DNA from: Podarcis erhardii
Lineage: Eukaryota
Assembly: GCA_964252035.1 (NCBI GenBank)
Contig: OZ176202.1
Direction: 5' to 3' (one strand)
DNA length: 64,000 bases
Shown: positions 14,019 to 25,523 of the stretch, piece by piece
Layout of the letters: every line of letters begins with the position of its first letter
Numbering within the stretch: the first letter of the stretch is position 1
Program-made: the position numbers and the translations under genes
The notes under the pieces: model-generated
The model's input: the letters and a program-made list of their open reading frames with translations, nothing else
Told to the model about the DNA's origin: nothing
Databases searched by the model: none

Positions 14019-14199
14019 TAACAGCACTGTATTCAAAACACAACGATCAATGTTATTAGTCACTGAACAAAACTGAGCGCTTAATAATACAGAACACAGT
14101 GCGGGTCACACAACCAAAGTGGAACAAATGTTATCAATTTCTATGGTTGCATGATTTAAGTATTCATTTCCATGAAAATAACAGAGGATTCCTTTAATG

Positions 14200-14334
14200 C
14201 AGGCTTCCTCAAACTCGGCCCTCCAGATGTTTTTGGCCTACAACTCCCATGATCCCTAGCTAGCAGGACCAGTGGTCAGGGATGATGGGAATTGTAGTTT
14301 CAACCATCTGTAGGGCTGAGTTTGAGGAAGCCTG
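14200..14334. mobile_element. hAT MITE (fold-back)
   Basis: TIR caggcttcctcaaactc / gagtttgaggaagcctg with an exact 8-bp TSD ctttaatg. Confidence 0.92.
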
Positions 14335-14600
14335 CTTTAATGGAAGCCATTTAAAAGGAAGAAGTTAGATTTGGGGTTTTTTAGCTGCTGGAGCAGTGTG
14401 GTCCATGTAACCAGAAGTAATAGGTAGTCCAAGCTTGTGAGCCTGAAGTCAGAAAAATTCATAAAGTCTTGTTCCAGCCTTTGCTTCACTTGTATTGTGT
14501 GGGTTAAATACTCAAAGTAGTTTGAAAGCATCCGTTCAAGGATCTGAAAAGGAACAAAGGCAAGAGCAGGTGAGGCCAGAGGCAAAAGTAAGCCAAATAT

Positions 14601-14845
14601 GAGAGCCAGTGTGGTGTAGTGGTTAAGAGCAGTAGACTCGTAATCTGGTGAACCGGTTCGCTTCCCTGCTCCTCCACATGCAGCTGCTGGGTGATCTTGG
14701 GCTAGTCACATTTCTTTGAAGTTTCTCAGCCTCACTTACCTCACAGAGTGTTTGTTGTGGGGGAGGAAGGGAAAGGAGAATGTTAGCCGCTTTGAGACTC
14801 TTTGGGTAGTGATAAAGCAGGATATCAAATCCAAACTACTCCTCC
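14601..14845 (+). mobile_element. tRNA-derived SINE (Squam1-like) with L2-like tail
   Basis: gagagccagtgtggtgtagtggttaagagc head, gttagccgctttgagactc...gtagtgataaagcagg tail, followed by (CTC/CTT)n. Confidence 0.75.
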
Positions 14846-15269
14846 TCCTCCTCCTCTTCTTCTTCTTCTTCTCCTCCTCCTCCTCTTTGCAGGGTAGACT
14901 ATACTTCACACACACACAAGTCAGAGGTTTCTATACCCCGACACAGCTCTCTGTCCTCCATCCAGGCAAGTACAAGTCATTAGCTCAATTCAGAGACACA
15001 TTCCAACCAGGTAACAGTAGGTGCGGAGCCAGTCTGCTGATGGACAGGGTTGGGAGGGAGTCCCAAAGGCCAGACAGCTGCACATAGCCTCTGGGCCTGA
15101 GTCTCCCCACCCCCCAATTGAACAGCAAACAATATATATGTCACTTGGTAGAGCACCATATACAAGTGAGTCCCATAGCCGAAGTGCTCACTATCTATAC
15201 GTGCCATGCACACAGAAGTAATTAAAAAGAAACATTTTTCTTTCATGGTTTCAATACTAGAGTGATGTA

Positions 15270-15527
15270 CAGTGGTACCTCTGGTTACGTACTTAAGTCG
15301 TTCCAGAGGTCCGTGCTTAACCTGAAACTGTTCTTAACCTGAAGCACCACTTCAGCTAATGGGGCTTCCCACTGCCGCCGCACCACCGCCTCACAATTTC
15401 TGTTCTCATCCTGAAGCAAAGTTCTTTACCTGAGGTACTATTTCTGTGTTAGCGGAGTCTGTAACCTGAAGCGTATGTAACCTGAAGTGTATGTAACCTG
15501 AAGCGTATGTAACCCGAAGTACCACTG
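15270..15527 (-). mobile_element. Tc1/mariner (Tigger/pogo-like) MITE
   Basis: Reverse copy of the 13717 family with TA TSD. Confidence 0.9.
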
Positions 15528-15739
15528 TAATGCTTTTAGACTCTGTTAAGGTGTCTCTATACTGTAGTTTATTCTAGGAACTTTTAAACTAGAATACAAA
15601 ATCCAGAGACTAGGAAGCTACGCTAAATATTTCTTTGAACATACATCTACAACCAAGAGTTCCCTTTGGCCCCACAGGCTTCTAATGTTATGAACACTCA
15701 TACTTCCTGCATTCCATTCATTAAGCTCTCCACAGAGAA

Positions 15740-16130
15740 TTTCACCGTGTCTTCATTGTGATTTCTGTGCCTTTTTTGCTTAAGAGACACAGAATGGATT
15801 TTAAGAAAACATGGAATGGCATTTTGAGTAAAAGTCATTTTTGCAGTTCACTGAACTCATGTCTACAGTGGAAACAGATTTGTGTTTCACTTTACGTTTC
15901 CTCAACACTTCCAAAAAAATGATGTCCAATACTCCAATCCAAATTTATCTTGTTAAGTCAATTTCTGCCAATTAGTGAAGGACCATTTCCTTCTGTAACA
16001 ATGAACAGTGACAGCAAACTGCTACCTTTGCATTCTGCCTTCATCTGCAAACATCCCAAGACCTTCATCCTGCATCTTCTTGACTATAATTTTCAATATT
16101 ACATCAATTTCTGTTAACGTAACATCAGCA
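15740..16130 (-). mobile_element. Decayed Gypsy-type pol fragment (protease end and linker)
   Basis: The minus strand reads ..LFIVTEGNGPSLIGRN*LNKINLDW.. and ..KMTFTQNAIPCFLK.., resembling the Gypsy GxGPSLLGRDWL protease C-terminal motif. Confidence 0.65.
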
Positions 16131-16305
16131 ACTTTTCCTTCCCGAAATTGCAGGGATTGCTGCCGCTGGGGCAATTTCCATTTCACTATGGAACTACTTT
16201 AAGGGGGATTTGGTTGTGATCAATATATTTAGGTTCCTAATTTTGAACCATTTGCCTGTGTGGCTTTAATCTGCAGCAGGATGCTGTTGTTTGTTGCTAT
16301 AATAT

Positions 16306-16839
16306 TGCTGCATGCCACCCAAGACTCTGAGCAGTGCAAGATTCCAGGAGCTCTAGGCGATTACCCAGGGTTCATGTTTCCTTCTTGGACTCAGGCACGG
16401 TGGAGACCGAGGTGTCTTTATGACATAGGATTTATTTACACATCTACACAACCTCTCTCCAGATTACTATTAGGTCACATCACTCCTAGACTCTCAACTC
16501 TGGCTTTTTGTCCTTCTCACCAGGTATGTGCAGAGAGGTCAGGGATAGGTGGGTACACTTGCCACAGGCCTTAGAGGGCTAAGCCAGCAGGGCTCCTGCC
16601 AGAGACAAGCTGCTTTCCCCCCCCTTTAGTTTATACCTTTTAGTTTATAACAAGCTCTACATGCGAGTTGAGGAAGGAGCCCCATCCATTTGCCATCTCC
16701 CACAGAGCCCCTTCCTTTGTTCTCCTGACACCTCACCAGGAGGCTAGTTTGTCTATTCCAAGAATTAGAAGCCTTGATTAGTTTTTAGCACTTGCTGGGT
16801 CCAGGTATTAGAAGGGTCTGGCATACAATTTAACTAACA
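16306..16839 (-). mobile_element. LTR adjoining the Gypsy fragment
   Basis: On the minus strand it starts TGTTAG, contains GGTATAAA and a later AATAAA, and ends in CA near 16306 (boundary uncertain). Confidence 0.55.
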
Positions 16840-17496
16840 CACACAAACACACGCAAAAAAACTCATAGCACTGCCAAACACTGGCGCACTCTATAAACAA
16901 ACACATTCAATGTACTGATGAAAGTACTGGGATTCTCCATTCTCAGCACTTAGCCTCCCAACCTCCGTGGAGATCAGGAAATCCTGCTGCGCTTATGTAA
17001 CACAGCAGAACACTGATGAAAAGGTTTCAGAAGGGCAGTAAAGGGATGGGGAAGCAGAGGAGCCAGATATGGGAAGGAAAACACTTTATTCAAAGCCTCC
17101 TTGGCAAAAGGAGCTGAGGGAGAAAAATGTATTTTTATATCTCCTGCCAGCTTTTGCCAGCGGAAAAATCTCTTTATGAGGTCTGAAGTTTAAGGTGTGT
17201 GCTAATGTAAGGATTATTCCCTCCCCAATCAAGTGTGTGTACATATAAATATAAGACGGGGCCCTGCTCCATTTTCCATGTAGTACAGGCACACAGGTTG
17301 ACTCACCAGGGCTGCCCTCCATGCTCATGTGGGGGCTGTATTACAGACAGCTTCTGCAGTGGGGACAACAACTATGTCTGAAATTGGTCCTCAGGAGAAA
17401 TTATGGGGCTCACCATGTCAGGGACAAAGCTAGCATCCCTTGCTTCCCTCTGCCATAAAACACAGTACAGTCTAGCATTTTTCGAATAGTGGGGTT

Positions 17497-17845
17497 TTAG
17501 GCACACTGAACTGTATCCAGGCTCTGCCTGCCTTGGAAGAGCTGGGTGTGCCTCCCTCCATCAGTCAGCTGAAGAATGCCATCAACTCTCAGGAATGTGA
17601 TAAAGCCCCAGGACAGGATGGAATCCCAAGAGAAGTGATGAAAGCTGGATTCAATTCTTCTCTCGTGACACACCTCCATGGCCTCCTCTTGCAGTGTTGG
17701 GAACAAGGATCCATGCCACAAGACATGCATGACTCCAGGATTGTGACCCTCTACAAGGATAAAGGTGACCTCCAAGACCGCAACAACTACTGTGCAATCT
17801 CCCCGCCGAGTACTGTGGGGAAAGCTTTCACTCATGTAGTTCTCA
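17497..17845 (+). mobile_element. RTE LINE fragment (RT N-terminal region)
   Basis: KAPGQDGIP, LLLQCWEQGSMPQDMHDSRIVTLYKDKGD, NNYCAISPPSTVGKAF. Confidence 0.85.
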
Positions 17846-18100
17846 ACAGCAGCACCTGCTGTGGTTGTAGAGACTGATATGGAAGAGACATGCTTTGTTG
17901 CAGCTGAGGCAAATGAAGGCGTCTGGTTGTCCTGCTGCAAATGTACCAGGGTGTTTCTTCTCTCTGCACTGCTCCATTGTCCACCAAGGCAGACGGATGG
18001 CAACCATTGTGTCCTGGTGGCCTGGCACTGGCATAATACACTTCTACTCCTTTCAGGGCATCCCAGTTTCCCTTGCATCTCCTGAAAAGCAACTCCTGGG
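17843..18100 (-). mobile_element. RTE LINE 3' end fragment
   Basis: QQPDAFICLSCNKACLFHISLYNHSRC resembles the RTE/BovB C-terminal zinc finger. Confidence 0.75.
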
Positions 18101-19019
18101 TGATGGGAACAGTATGGCACAAAGGGCTACAGTAGGATGTAGAGATGTGAAGGCCCTGGGGAGAAATGAGCAGGAAGCAGGTTCCCCACCCCACAAAAAA
18201 GTCCATTTCCCCCGCCACCTGGCCTTCATGTATCTAGTAAGGCTTTCAGGTCTCTAGTATGTTCAGACTTGCACAAGTAGAAGTGCTTTCCAATAATGCA
18301 AAGACACCACTGTATACAACCCATTCTTCCCAGTATCAAACTGAAGTGTCATAGTTGCACACAGAGCTCTTACTTTCTCCAAAATGTGTGAGCCACTAAC
18401 CCTCATCCTGAACTGCACATTCAATTGTCATCCTCAAAGTGCTTCTCAGGGGTGAAAGATGGGGTTTTAATGCCTTTAAATAAACAAGTGTCTCTCCTTG
18501 GGGTAATTGTCTTCTAGCCACCCCACCCTACCAGAACATGGCTCCCTCCTGCACAACATCAAGAGCCCACATGGGAGTTGATCATGTTACAACTCATTCT
18601 CCAGTAATGGTTGGGAAATTTACCTTCTGATAAATGGGGCAATGTGGGCATGGCCCAATACCTGATCTTCATGGTATGGGAAGAATCCTTGTTGCAGCAA
18701 CTCCCTTGCTGCCAACATGACATGGGACAGGGGAAGCTTGCTGCTGTCTCATTTACCTTACAGCAGAAGGTGGAAAGCAATTCTTGCTGCTCCAAGGAGA
18801 ACGCCTATTTGATCTGAAGCCCCTCTCCAGTATCCTGTAAGCCTGGCAGTAATAGGGTTTGCCACCAAAGCTCCTTCTAATCACAAAAAGAATCCCCAGC
18901 AAGATGAGCAGACAGCAAGCCAACTGTCCTCATCTCTCTGTTTTCATGGGAACCTAGGTGCTCAGCGCTGCACCCACTGACAGCTCAACATCAGCAAGCC
19001 GGCACAACACTCCATAAAC

Positions 19020-19141
19020 CAGGGGTACCTCAACATGGTGCCCTCCAAACGCTGTCGGACTGCAGTTCCAGTCATCCCTAAACATTTGATCATACTACCT
19101 AAGGCTGATAGGAAGCGGCATCCAACATCTGCCTACCCCTG
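19020..19141. mobile_element. Degenerate hAT MITE
   Basis: caggggtac...tacccctg ends, imperfect 8-bp TSD ccataaac / ccgtaaag, shared ccctcca..actgcagttcc core. Confidence 0.6.
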
Positions 19142-19402
19142 CCGTAAAGAACGATCCAAATACAGGAAACAGCTAGGATTCTCCACTGTACCCGTGAAAC
19201 TTTGGACCATGTGAAAAAAGGGGCACAAGCTCCATCACTGAAGACTGCCATCCTATTTACCTGCCAGCCTGTTGAAGCAGCAGTGGATTTAGGGTAGTTC
19301 CCCAGCACAGGGCACAAAGCCAATGGGGTGCAATATTATTACTATTATTATTATCATCATCATTATTACCACCTATATTTATGCAGGTACCTACTCGAAG
19401 TT

Positions 19403-19512
19403 AAGGTAACAAAGGTAAAAATGTAAAGGACCACTGGATGGTTAAGTCTAGTCAAAGGCAACTATGGGGTGCGGCGCTCATCTTGCTTTTCAGGCCAAGG
19501 GAGCCGGCGTTT
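19403..19512 (-). mobile_element. Sauria SINE 3' fragment
   Basis: aaggtaaa...gcggcgctcatcttgc...gggagccggcgt is the reverse complement of the tail of the 10873 copy. Confidence 0.8.
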
Positions 19513-20077
19513 AGGCCCCGGTCAGACAGGCGATTGAATTGCAGCAACTATGACATAGTGCCCTTGAGCGCATGCACAAAGCAAAAGGTGAGAGAGGGGA
19601 GGGCAACAAATTTTGTCCTCGCTAAGGGTGCCATATTACCCCAGTCTGCCCCTGGCTGCAGCTTTCTTGACCCCAAAGTCTGCCTACATTCACTGTGTCT
19701 TTTCCCTAAGGTACAACATTGGGCCTCTCCTGAGTTGAGATTCCAACACTTGGAGGAGTAGAGTCCTACACCGGTACCTGAGATGGAACATATGAGGGGG
19801 TTCCTAATACATTATTAAAGAGAAGGCTGAAAGTAATTTAATACTGTCTTTAATGAAAACCCATTAGTTTGAGTATGTTTTTATTTCTCTGGCAATAGGC
19901 ATAAGTGCGTTTTCAAGTACACATAAAAGTTGATTTGAAAATTAGACTAGCTTTAAATAAAACATCCGCTCCTAATCACAGTCAAATTGCATAATCCAGC
20001 AGTATATTCCAGTGACCAAAATGAATGTGGAGAAGAATGGCAGCCCTGCAAACACCAGCTTGAATACCCCAGGAGAC

Positions 20078-20216
20078 AGAATCATAGAATTATAGAGTAG
20101 GAAGGGACCACAAGGGCCATCTAGTCCAACCCCCTGAAATGCAGGAATCATTTGCCCAACATGGGGCTCGAACCCACGACACTGAGATTAAGAGTCTCAT
20201 GCTCTACCGACTGAGC
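20078..20216 (-). mobile_element. tRNA-Lys(CUU)-derived SINE with CR1 3' tail
   Basis: Head gctcagtcggtagagcatgagactcttaatctcag..gtcgtgggttcgagccccatgttgggc, then ggactagatggccc..ggtcccttcc..ctctataattctatgattct (CR1 end). Confidence 0.85.
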
Positions 20217-20380
20217 ATGGAAGGACAACTCTGGATTCAACCTCCAGAATGTTCAAAGGGCTCTTTGGCCACTGGCCCAGGCGCATCTAAACTAATCCTC
20301 TTTGCTCTCACAAATGGCAGTTCTCTATGATCTTACGCAGGGGATCTTCCTCGGCTTTTGCTCTTTTAGATCCTGTTTCA

Positions 20381-20445
20381 CTGGTGATGCCAGGAATTGA
20401 ACCTGGGATCTTCTGCATGGAAAGCATGTGCTTTGTTGCTGAGCT
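20381..20445 (-). mobile_element. Squam3-like SINE head fragment
   Basis: Reverse complement of agctcag..aaagcacatgc..catgcagaagatcccaggttcaattcctggcatc. Confidence 0.6.
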
Positions 20446-20454
20446 TCGGTAAGT

Positions 20455-20720
20455 AAATAAAATAAATAAATAAATAAATAAAACCTCATCCATCTGCCTG
20501 GGTTGCCCTCTGGGCAGCTTCCAACATAGTATAAAACAACTATGCATCAAATATTAAAAACTTCCCTAAACAGGGCAGCCTTCAGATGTCTTCTAAAAGA
20601 TGTTTATTTCCTTGACATCTTGATGGGCACCACTGCTGAGAAGGCCCTCTGCCTCGTTCCCTTCACTTCTTGAAGTGAGGGAACTCCCCAAAGGCCCTCA
20701 GAACTGGACCTCAGTGTCTG
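20455..20720 (-). mobile_element. L2-type LINE 3' end
   Basis: (AAAT)n tail; cttccctaaacagggcagccttcagatgtcttctaaaag and gagaaggccctctgcctcgttccc are the reverse complement of the 2715/3979 family. Confidence 0.75.
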
Positions 20721-21223
20721 GGCTCAACCCTTCAAATATTGCCCAAACCTTCTTTCTTGACATCCCTTCTTTGCCACTGCCATGCACCCTTCAAAGTTCT
20801 GACATGGTCTTGCAATTACAGTACTTCCCTGTCTTCTCCTAGAAAGGATTTCTTGGCCCTGAAAGCAAAAGAACAGAATGACTAAACTATACAGGTTGCC
20901 ACTGCTTCTCCAGAGAGGATGTTTTTACTTTGGTTTTTGGTCCGTTTTGTACTGTGTGGTCTATAACCACCATCACGTCCCGCGACTTCGTTGACAGTTC
21001 CTTGAAACAATATAATTATGATGCACATGCATGCTTGTGCAGAAGTGTTATTTGTGGGAGTTTAAATCCAGAAGCATGCAAATTAAGTTCAAGGTGAGTC
21101 AAACAGGAGTCAGCACCGGAGACTGACATGGCTGCCTATTGGAAGGTGGCCTTCTAGTGACTGGTGCACTTAGCAGGCCTCCAGAATTCAATAAAAGCAT
21201 TCACTGAAGAATATGATGGACAG

Positions 21224-21242
21224 GCGCTCCCCCTGCTGGCCA
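21224..21242 (-). promoter_or_regulatory. Candidate CTCF site
   Basis: TGGCCAGCAGGGGGAGCGC closely fits the CTCF core consensus. Motif match only. Confidence 0.45.
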
Positions 21243-22983
21243 GAGTATGGGCAGCATGTCCAACTCCACGTCCACGTGTGCCGCCTACCTGTGGACAGCA
21301 AAGCACTTTGAAAGCATAGCAGCAGAGCACGTCAGGCACCAAAGGAGGACTCAGGAGGCTTGCAGAAGCTGTCTCCAGACCAGGTGCTCAAACCCAGTGG
21401 TGCAACAGGCCTGTTGTTCACCTACTTCATGCATGAGGTGGTGGCAGTGGCATCGGGGGAACTGCAACAGGTGCAGAACAAAAACCCACTTTTCAATGCA
21501 AAGTCAAGAAACTTGATGCAGCTGGAGCTGGTGGAACTGCAGCACTGTGAAAGTGGAAGGAATGAGTGATGCAAACCAGGCGATTTGTATCATCACCACC
21601 TGTGCATTTTCTGGTCTTTGCCTCAGAACTAGACTTGCAAGAACAAGAGCAATTTCCACGAGGTCGGGACATCTGTGTCTGAGCTGTACCACTTCAGATA
21701 ACAAATGAAGATTCATGGGTTTGCATGCTCCTCTCCACAGAAAACAAGCATGCCAAGGAGAAGGCTGGCCCTAGAACCCTTATTTTTGGCGTGATAGTTT
21801 TGTACACAAAGGGGAAGAGATTTAATGTTCCTAAAGAAGAGCAATGGCAATTGTGTGAACTCCCATTCGCTGCTTGATGTTGTGCAGTCGAGACACCAGT
21901 GTGCCAAGGACTTGCCCTAAGCCCTACAAGTCTCCCAATCTATTGCTCTTTTGGTAGCTTTCCTTCCATAGTTTTAAGTATTATTAGAAGGGCATCAACT
22001 TCTGCTCTGGGTTCCTCCTCCTCTGCTCCAGCTATTGATTCCCTTCATAACTCATTTCAAATGTGATTTTGATATGATCTCTGCAGAGCAACACATACAG
22101 TAACTAAAACGAAAATCTCCACTATGCTAATTTTCTGCTTGGGAGAAACATAAATCTGCAAGAATGTTCAATAAAAGGAGGACTAAAGCAGGTTTTTTTC
22201 TGGATCCTTAATAGTTCATTCTAATTAAACTTTGCTAAATGTTACATTGTACTTGTAAGCACTCTCACACCCCTGGATCTCGGAGCAAAGATGGAGGCTT
22301 TCCTGATGTGGCTCCCATGAATCACAGCCCGCATGGCCAATGGTCCCATCAATGGATGACAGGAGCTGAAGTCCAGCAATACTCAGAGGATCCTGCTGGG
22401 TACATGACCTGCTTCAAGACTCCAGTTCTATATACTCCCAGCACAATCATCATTATAATAAGATTTCTGCCAATCACCACTTGAGCAAATGGGAGTTTTC
22501 TCTTGCAGCTCCCCTGTGCACAGCTTCATAGGTCCCTCTTGTGAAACATGATCCATCACGAGTGCCGAGTGCTGCCAAATGCAGACAAATGTCAAATGCA
22601 GACATGCAATTCCAGAGGCAGTCGAGTGACTGGATCTCTGCTTTTAATAACCGCTGTGCTGTTTTGCATTGGGACAGAGGAGCACTTTACAAAACAGATA
22701 CATCACTGCAGCTACCTTGAGACAGTGGCTGGGGAGGAGTGGTGGCCTGGATGAGACAAACATTGAGAGAGAAATTTAAACAGGAACATTTAAAACCTGG
22801 AGAAGAGACAATTAAGAGGCAGCAGCCGTCGTCTAGTATTTGAAGAGCTGCCACATAGGCGATGGAGCAAAGTTGTTCTCCTTTGCTCCAGTCAGCAGGA
22901 CCAAGAGGGGTCCAAATAACAAAGAAGGGGTTGGGGGATCTGGAAGAAACCTTAGGAAGGGTTTTCTGGTGGTACTAGCAGTT

Positions 22984-23174
22984 GGGGAAGGGTTGTAGCT
23001 CAATGGCAAAGCATCTGCTTTGCATGCAGAAGGTCCCAGGTTCAATCCCCAGCGTCTCCAGGTATGGTTGCGAGAGAACCCTGCCTCAAATCCACAAGAG
23101 CAGCTGGCCAGCAGTGTGAACAATGCTAAGAAAGGACTAACATTCTAACTCAGTGAAAGGCAGCTTCCTATATT
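22984..23174 (+). mobile_element. Squam3-like SINE, full length
   Basis: tgtagctcaatggcaaagcatctgctttgcatgcagaaggtcccaggttcaatcccc head; ...aaggcagcttcctat tail. Confidence 0.8.
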
Positions 23175-23384
23175 CCAGTTCGACACTGACACAGACTGTT
23201 TCACAAGATGCTGGGGTTTCCTCTTTAGCTGCTTTTGAACAGAAGCCAGGTGGTCACCTATCAAGGACACAGTAGCAGGGGATTTCCTACACTGGCAGGA
23301 GGTTAGACTAGAGGTCCTTTGGGATCTCAATTCTATTAAAGTTCAGCATTGCTTTCTGATGTCATCTTTAGAAACTAGGCACTG

Positions 23385-23561
23385 TGTGTGCAGCGATTGC
23401 CATTTGCGCATGTGCAGAAGCAGCGATCACCATTCACACATGCGCAGAAGCAGGCAATCGTAGCTCACGCCTGCGTACTACAGCACCTCTCCCAGCGACC
23501 GGTTTCAATTTCCGGACGGGCCTCCGGAAAAGATTGTGGTTGTGAGTAGAGGTTCCACTGT
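23385..23561. mobile_element. Partial Tc1/mariner MITE (one end only)
   Basis: Ends ...gaggttccactg+TA with internal gcgcatgtgcagaagc repeats. Confidence 0.5.
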
Positions 23562-25199
23562 ATTGTTCAGCTAGTCAGGAATTACTGGCAAAAGGTTCGA
23601 CAAACCACAAGCCATTCAACAAAACAAGTAAACAAGCCACAACTTGCTTTGTCAAAATTTGGTTGGTTTTCCAGCTGCTCTTGCCTTGCATCTTTGTAGC
23701 TTGGCAAATGTTTGTGGTGGGCTGGCAGAACAGATTTGTTCAATTTAGACATAACAAATCATGGTTAGTCTGCTGAGCCTGCTTCACGTGTCCAAACAAA
23801 CCATAGTTTGGCTAAAGGGACTACAGAAGACCAGTTTGCACATGTTTAAGGTACATGTAACCAGGCACATGTGCGCCATGTTCAGACCTGGGAGAGGGTG
23901 TAATGGAGGCATAACGGGACGGGCTTACATGTGCTCTGCCATCACATGTGATGACCCAGAATGCAACCCCAAACAAATCAGGTGTTGCCTGTATAGCTTA
24001 GTCCTTTGTGCGAATCAGGCCTATTCTACAGGAAAATTGCACGCGCGGGGGAGGGGGGTGTCTTAGCAGCAGCCAATGAGACTCACCTAAATTCCTTCCC
24101 AATTTCATCTATGGTGATTTTGTATAGCCCAAGGATAAAAGCAAACTCCATTCTCAGACCATCATTCTAACATCCCATTCTGATGATATGTAGGTAAGGG
24201 AGAAATACTTTGTCCAAAAGATCACTGCTAACATGTCACATTAAAACTCATACAAAATCCACAGATTTCTCTAACTTGGTTTTCTAGTTATTGAAGCTCC
24301 TGGCTCAAGGCAGACCATCTCAGAAGTTTAAGCTCTAGCCCAAATTTGTTCTTACTCCCATATTATAATTCCAACTACTTCCCTAGGATCTTTTTTTCTA
24401 TTTTATTATTTTTATGCATTTTTGCTTCATCAGTGGTTATTTGAAGGCAACTTATCTCACAAGCAGTAATCTTCTGTCACCATTTATTCAGTTCCCAAAT
24501 TGGATTCTAGTAATATCACACTGATATGACAACTGAGTTTATTCATCTTCAGCATGTTTAATGATATGCTTCGAGAGGATGCCATCGAGTAGCTTGTGTG
24601 GAATGCCACAAAACTAATGAGGTGCTTGAGGCATGAACATGTTCTTTATCAGAGCCTGAGGTTGAACTATGACTTGCAGCTCAGGTTCCAATGAAGAATA
24701 GCATAGGCATTTGCCACATTATCAACACTCTCTGAAGTTGCTGTCACTCACCTACCCATGCCCTGTTTCATTTGAGGTGCAACAAATGGCTTCCTACGAG
24801 TTCCTCTATACAAATAGTTTTTGTTTTGCTTTGTTTGTTTTTCTTTGTTTTCTTAAACCAATGTCTGAACCCACTTCAGTTTCAGATTTGTTTTTCCAGC
24901 TAAGGAATTAAAGGCTGGAAGAGAGATCAACCACCTCTGCGTCATATGGGGGCTCTTGCCTTTGTCTCAGGATATAGTGACCATTCAAACAGCAGTATGG
25001 ACATTATATTTAGGTATGCAAATAGAACAGGCAACTTAGCACAAGCACACCGTGATCCAAGAGTGAGCTGAAATAGTAAGCAGGAGGTCACAGGTGAGGC
25101 ACTGGGGAACACCCTACGGTGCAAGCTAGATTTGTTGAGTCAGGTTAACAATCCTGAAGCAACCTCCAAAATGCCATAGCAATCTTCAGTTGTCTAAAC

Positions 25200-25334
25200 C
25201 AGTGTTTCCCAACCTTGTGCCTCCAGCTGTTTTTGAACTACAACTCCCATCATCCCTGACTAGCAAGACCAGTGGCAAGGGATGATGGGAATTGTAGTCC
25301 AAAAACAGCTGGAGGCACAAGGTTGGGAAACACT
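25200..25334. mobile_element. hAT (Charlie-like) fold-back MITE
   Basis: About 58-bp inverted arms cagtgtttcccaaccttgtgcctccagctg... / ...cagctggaggcacaaggttgggaaacact. Confidence 0.88.
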
Positions 25335-25456
25335 AAACAAGTCCTAACTCCATCTGGAGAAGCTATATATAAAGACTACTTGCGGGAAAGAGCATCCTTT
25401 CTGAACTGCCCAAGCTGCTAGCTGCAAATGACTTACCAGTTTTTCTTTAGTACTAC

Positions 25457-25459
<3 letters not shown>

Positions 25460-25521
<62 letters not shown>
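25460..25521. repeat. Compound microsatellite (CT)n(CA)n
   Basis: Read directly from the sequence. Confidence 0.95.

Positions 25522-25523
<2 letters not shown>

Noticed and set aside
20140-20216. tRNA-Lys(CUU) gene
   Set aside because: The 5' acceptor-stem bases are missing, it carries substitutions, and it is fused to a CR1 tail, so it is a SINE head.
25200-25334. miRNA precursor or CRISPR-like repeat
   Set aside because: The long hairpin has hAT TIRs and multiple dispersed relatives, so it is a MITE. The sequence is eukaryotic and has no repeat-spacer array.
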